A program made the translations under genes and the position numbers. From Candidatus Bathyarchaeia archaeon (GTDB lineage Archaea; Thermoproteota; Bathyarchaeia; Bathyarchaeales; Bathycorpusculaceae), in the NCBI GenBank assembly GCA_049515895.1, contig JBEKTQ010000006.1, positions 1-64,000 of the forward strand: 64,000 nucleotides of DNA. Direction: 5' to 3'. This document shows, piece by piece, positions 59,705-64,000 of this stretch (positions are counted from its first letter, which is position 1; every line of letters begins with the position of its first letter). The notes beneath the pieces were generated by a model. The model saw nothing but the letters and a program-made list of their open reading frames with translations, had not been told where the DNA came from and did not search any database.

Positions 59705-60664
59705 CTAAAAATAAGTTCTTTGATCTGGCAATTCGAGATTTAGTTGCATTTTCAGCAGCTTGTATCTATTTCTAACAGTAACTTCGGTGACTCCAGCAGC
59801 GTCCGCCATCTCTTTTTGTGTTATCTTTTCATTATTCTGAAGACAAGCTATGTAGAGTGCCGCTGCAGCCAGGCCCGTGGGATCTTTTCCTGCCGAAAAT
59901 CGTTTTCGTCTAGCCTCGGCAAGTATTGTTATCGCTGCGCCCTGTGTTTTGCCTGAAATCCCGTTTTTCTCGGCAATTTTTGAGACGTATGTCAGCGGAT
60001 CAGCAATTGGCATGTGAAAATCGAGCACTTGCAGTAGCAGTCTATAGCAGCGTGCGACATCTTTCTCGTCAACAAGGCTTGCTTCAGCGATTTCGTGAAG
60101 GCTTCTGGATGCTCCGCTCTTGCGACAAGCTGCATAAATTGAAGCCGCGATGATAGAGTTAATTGATCTTCCTCTGATTAGGCCTTTTTCTAACGCTTTG
60201 CGGTAAATAATAGCCGATTTTTCTTTGGTCGATCGTGAGATGGAAACTTTGCTTGATAAACGTTCAAGTTCAGACATGGCTTGTGCAAGGTTTCGGTCGC
60301 TGGATGAGTGTACTCGGCTGCGTATTTGCCATTTCCTGAGACGCCACATCTGCAATCTAGTGGAAAGGGGCAATTTCCTTCCGAATGCATCTCTGTCAAT
60401 TTGGCTGATTGAGGTGGATAATCCTTTATCATGGACATAATAGGAGGTTGGCATACCGACGCGGCTTCTTGATGTTTTTTCTTCTTGTGTAAAAGCGCGC
60501 CATTCGGGGCCTTTATCTAACATCTGCTCGTACAAAACAAGACCGCAGTCACCGCAGATGGTTTCGCCTGTGCCGCAGTCGTGGACAAGTTTTTTGCTTG
60601 TGCATTCAGGGCACTTTTCAGCTAAGTGAATATGCACTTTGGGGACTTCTAGGGTTAGACTCAT
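59705..60664 (-). CDS. tfb: Transcription initiation factor IIB
   Basis: CPEC..CGDCG ribbon, GPEWRAF, two cyclin folds, GVTEVTVRNRY. Confidence 0.96.
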   Translation of the reverse strand: MSLTLEVPKVHIHLAEKCPECTSKKLVHDCGTGETICGDCGLVLYEQMLDKGPEWRAFTQEEKTSRSRVGMPTSYYVHDKGLSTSISQIDRDAFGRKLPLSTRLQMWRLRKWQIRSRVHSSSDRNLAQAMSELERLSSKVSISRSTKEKSAIIYRKALEKGLIRGRSINSIIAASIYAACRKSGASRSLHEIAEASLVDEKDVARCYRLLLQVLDFHMPIADPLTYVSKIAEKNGISGKTQGAAITILAEARRKRFSAGKDPTGLAAAALYIACLQNNEKITQKEMADAAGVTEVTVRNRYKLLKMQLNLELPDQRTYF

Positions 60665-61045
60665 GTTTTAATCTCTGTTTATTTGCCCAGAATCGTCACT
60701 AAATCACTTAATGCTATTAAAGGTTAGAAAAGTGATAATGCGATCCTCGCATTCTAACTACGTGTACGTGCATCTATTATAAAGGACTTTGCTATCAAAT
60801 AACTAGATTTGGCATCCCACTACTAGCATTCCCGCTTATAGTGCGCGCGTTTAATAAATTGGCAATCAATTTTGGTAAGGTTGTTTTCCTTTCTTCACCT
60901 TAACACAATGTGTTATCATATTCAGGGGCTACTGGATTGGCAATGATAGTTACTCCTAATGACACTTCCTGAGCAGAAAAAACTTTGAGAACATCCAATT
61001 CTTCATAAAGATAAGACTCAAATCTGCATACCGTAGAATAGAATC

Positions 61046-61110
61046 TAGCGCGAGCTCCGCTTTGTGCCCAACAGCAACACGCAAAAGCCAAAGGAACCGC
61101 AAAAACCAAA
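61046..61110 (+). repeat. Dispersed GC-rich repeat copy
   Basis: TAGCGCGAGCTCCGC..ACACGCAAAAGCCAAAGGAACCGCAAAAACCAAA, close match to 20681. Confidence 0.75.
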
Positions 61111-61184
61111 CAAAAAAGAAACTGAGACTATATAACGAAGTGTTATTAGTCTTGTACGCACACCTGTAGCTTGAGTGGAGACGT

Positions 61185-61415
61185 ATTAAAAGAGTAGAGG
61201 CAGTTGCTCTTCTAAAAGAGCTAAGCTCGGGGATGTTAATTCAACCCGCTTTTGTGCTTCTTGAACGAAGATTCCCAGATATTTCTCAGTTATACCCAGA
61301 TAATTACCAGTTGAAAATTAAAGGCATTTACGACCTTCAAGAAATTGTGGTATTTCTTAATAACAGGTTCTTAATAGAAGAGAACGAAAACTTCCTAACT
61401 ATTTCAACACTTTAA
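61185..61415 (+). CDS. Small hypothetical protein (possible ATT start)
   Basis: GGAG RBS then ATT-KRVEAVALLKEL, in frame with the 61233 ORF. Confidence 0.5.
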   Translation: MKRVEAVALLKELSSGMLIQPAFVLLERRFPDISQLYPDNYQLKIKGIYDLQEIVVFLNNRFLIEENENFLTISTL

Positions 61416-61728
61416 AACAGCTATTACAATTTTTGCAAGTGTAAACTTCGATGCGAAAGACACAGGTCGCTAATGATTTATCAGGTTTTGCAACATCTTG
61501 GTTGCAGTGTGGACATTTTGCCATACAAAGCCATTTCTTTTGGTTTACAAACACCATTCATCAAGTTTTAAATTTATGTGGTTACGTGAAGATACAACAA
61601 ACTATCAGCACCAGAAAAAACTAGTGTTGTATAGGCACAAAAGAAAGATAGAAGCAAGCGCAATAACAATTGAGGGTCAGAATAAATGGAAAACTCTACA
61701 AAACGCTTGCCTGCCTGTTAAATCCGTC

Positions 61729-62250
61729 TTAAAGCCGCATCATGTGGCTTAAAATATGAATTGTCAGGATGAGATAGAATGCTGTGGTCATGCTAACGTG
61801 TACGAATCTGATGTACTTTTTTAAACTTTGCATTATGTTGAACCTGTAAAAAAGACCTGTCACTACGAGCGTAAGCGTGGCAACAAATAATGCAAATCCC
61901 GTTCCAATGAAGGACACCCTCGTTATCCAATATGTGAAGTGAACAGAAATAAGCGTGAAGGCAACCAAATTTCCTAATATGTGCACTCTTACCCACGCTT
62001 TGATTCTCGTGGGACGACGATGTTTCAAGACAACGTATATAGGCGTAACAACTGCGATCCAGAAGCCTCCTATCAAGACAGCCCAATGGGTAAACAGCAA
62101 GGAACCTACAGAAAAACTGAACAAAGACCTGTAAACAATTATAAGGGCTGATAGACATATCGTGAAAAGAACTATGACCAATGTTCCCCATTGGTCTGGA
62201 TTCTTTAAACGTTCCATATCCTTAACCAGTTTTACCTTTGATGCCCACAT
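61729..62250 (-). CDS. Cytochrome b/ferric-reductase-like membrane protein
   Basis: TM helices with two His pairs (VHILG..SVH; VHVSM..TIH). Confidence 0.6.
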   Translation of the reverse strand: MWASKVKLVKDMERLKNPDQWGTLVIVLFTICLSALIIVYRSLFSFSVGSLLFTHWAVLIGGFWIAVVTPIYVVLKHRRPTRIKAWVRVHILGNLVAFTLISVHFTYWITRVSFIGTGFALFVATLTLVVTGLFYRFNIMQSLKKYIRFVHVSMTTAFYLILTIHILSHMMRL

Positions 62251-62300
62251 GCACCGTATTATGACACCGTTATATCCTACTTATGAAGTTATGTCCAAAA

Positions 62301-62342
62301 TCTGAATTAATGAAGAAAAATTCTGAATTAATGAAGAAAAAT
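62301..62342. repeat. Perfect 21-bp tandem duplication
   Basis: TCTGAATTAATGAAGAAAAAT x2. Confidence 0.95.
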
Positions 62343-62745
62343 CTACTTGAGCAATATTCTAACAAATCAGCGCACGCTAATGGTTAGTTGTTCCAACACT
62401 GACGGTGATATAACAGATTTGTTCGGGGCATCCAAGAATTTTTTAGCTATATACGTCGGGCGCGCTAAACCCAACAAACTAAAGCAGATTCAACAATCCA
62501 ATTTTGAATGACCTTGTTCCAGTTTGGGCTGCTCCAACCGCTGCGGTTTTTCAGTTGATGTGTTGTACAACTCCATTTAAGCCAAATATGTCGATTTTTA
62601 AGAGATATTTTACGTATTGACCTGTTTTTGTGTTCGACAATTAGGTCTCTCAGCCCGTTTTGATATGCTTGCATTATGTACGAGGGTTTATTTGATGGTT
62701 TAGGCACTATTAAGATATATGAAAGCAACAGGAGAAAAGTAGAAC

Positions 62746-63153
62746 ATGATCAACAACTACCAAAAAGAAGTCCAAACAAAACTCACCAAAGGGCTCTTAG
62801 ACATGATTATTCTTCAATATCTCGACCAAGAATCCATGCATGGATACCAACTCATCACCAAAATCCGAAAAAGCTACGGCGTCTACTTCGGACCAAGCAC
62901 CATCTACCCATTACTAGGGCTATTAGAGAAAAAAGGCTACTTAAAGAGCGCCTGGAAAATGGATGCAGAAAGGCCACGAAAAGTGTTCAATCTCACTAAC
63001 GATGGGAAAAATTTCTTGAATTTTACCGAAAACTCACTCAACCTCCTCTGTAAAAATATGGTAGCCGATAGCAAAATCCAAATACAATCAGCCTCGCTAA
63101 TTTCGTCGAGATCAACGCTTCAAAGAGGAATCCCGCCTTTGACAGTCTGCTGA
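62746..63153 (+). CDS. PadR-family regulator
   Basis: KGLLDMIIL, HGYQL, STIYPLL, RPRKVFNLT..G. Confidence 0.9.
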   Translation: MINNYQKEVQTKLTKGLLDMIILQYLDQESMHGYQLITKIRKSYGVYFGPSTIYPLLGLLEKKGYLKSAWKMDAERPRKVFNLTNDGKNFLNFTENSLNLLCKNMVADSKIQIQSASLISSRSTLQRGIPPLTVC

Positions 63154-63815
63154 GAAAATCCCTTTTAGCCAGGTTTAGCGGCCAATCACGATCCTTCCGA
63201 GAATTTGAGTTTTGCCATCCTTCAGACCTGCCAAATGAATATGATAAGGCATTTTGAAAGAGGAGCTTGTCTTATATATTTTGAAACTGTAAAAAAACTG
63301 CCGGGGTTAGATGATCCATGTCAACGACAAAGATTTTGTTAGGCTGTTCGTATTCCTCGTTTTTGCTAAATTTCCGTGTCAAGCACATAAGATCAGTTAG
63401 CCGTTTGAATTGTTGCTTCTATAGGAAGCGCTGCGAGAGCTGTTTCTAATTACTGTTGCTTCTGTTCATCTAACAAGTAATATTTTTTGCGAATTTCACC
63501 GACTAAATAACGGCGCACCCTATAAATGTGCAAATAGAGAAGCCTAAAGAGACAAAAAGACTTTCATACGCAACCATTATAACCAAAACAAGAACTTCTG
63601 CCAAAATATATGCCACAGTTAGCACGCCTCATAAAAAAAGGACAAAACCATCCGCGCGCGCAAAACCAACATCATTAACACTACCGCCTAAGCGTGCGTG
63701 CGCTAAGAAAAACAAAGAGCTTTATTCGTTGATGGTAGCTCCGCTCCCGCTTGCGCCGACCGCCAAACTATTTGAGGAACAACCTGCTCATTGATTATCA
63801 AGAGGGAAGAAAGAA

Positions 63816-64000
63816 ATGTCCAAGGGGTATGGAACAATTGTTGGTAGAGTAGGCATCATTTTACTGCTTACTGGAATAGTTATCATGCTAGTTGGTTACT
63901 TAAGATCTCCAGCGCACACCAACCGCATACCAAGTAACTTGGTAACCTATCTTGGAGTAGGTTTAGCGGTTGTTGGAGCTATTTTGTTCCTCATATTTGT
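63816..64000 (+). CDS. Membrane protein, 5' part; runs off window
   Basis: MSKGYGTIVGRVGIILLL..., two TM helices. Confidence 0.55.
   Translation, partial: MSKGYGTIVGRVGIILLLTGIVIMLVGYLRSPAHTNRIPSNLVTYLGVGLAVVGAILFLIF

Noticed and set aside
1-64000. tRNA, rRNA or SRP RNA genes
   Set aside because: No cloverleaf, rRNA or SRP helix-8 signatures recognised by eye

Overview
Archaeal chromosomal window. Gene content (TBP, TFB, pelota, AK6, archaeal RNase P RNA, cohesin/dockerin and NosD-type surface proteins) is most consistent with Bathyarchaeia; this is an inference. Core blocks: an FrhB/FpoF-CBS fusion next to a complete nuo-ordered (A,B,CD,H-N) complex that keeps group-4 [NiFe]-hydrogenase metal ligands; proBA; a K+-independent H+-PPase; pelota; tbp; a tRNA thiolase; AK6; rnpB. 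Accessory blocks: an ArsR/GGF-repeat/MacB-ABC/HtrA envelope module and a membrane-anchored wHTH with a cohesin and a dockerin-like protein. Two broken tyrosine-recombinase genes (19.7 kb and 58.9 kb) are each followed by runs of short unrelated genes punctuated by a co-oriented GC-rich repeat family. The second recombinase remnant starts at a duplication of the conserved 3' end of RNase P RNA. All family assignments are from motif recognition by eye; no searches were run.
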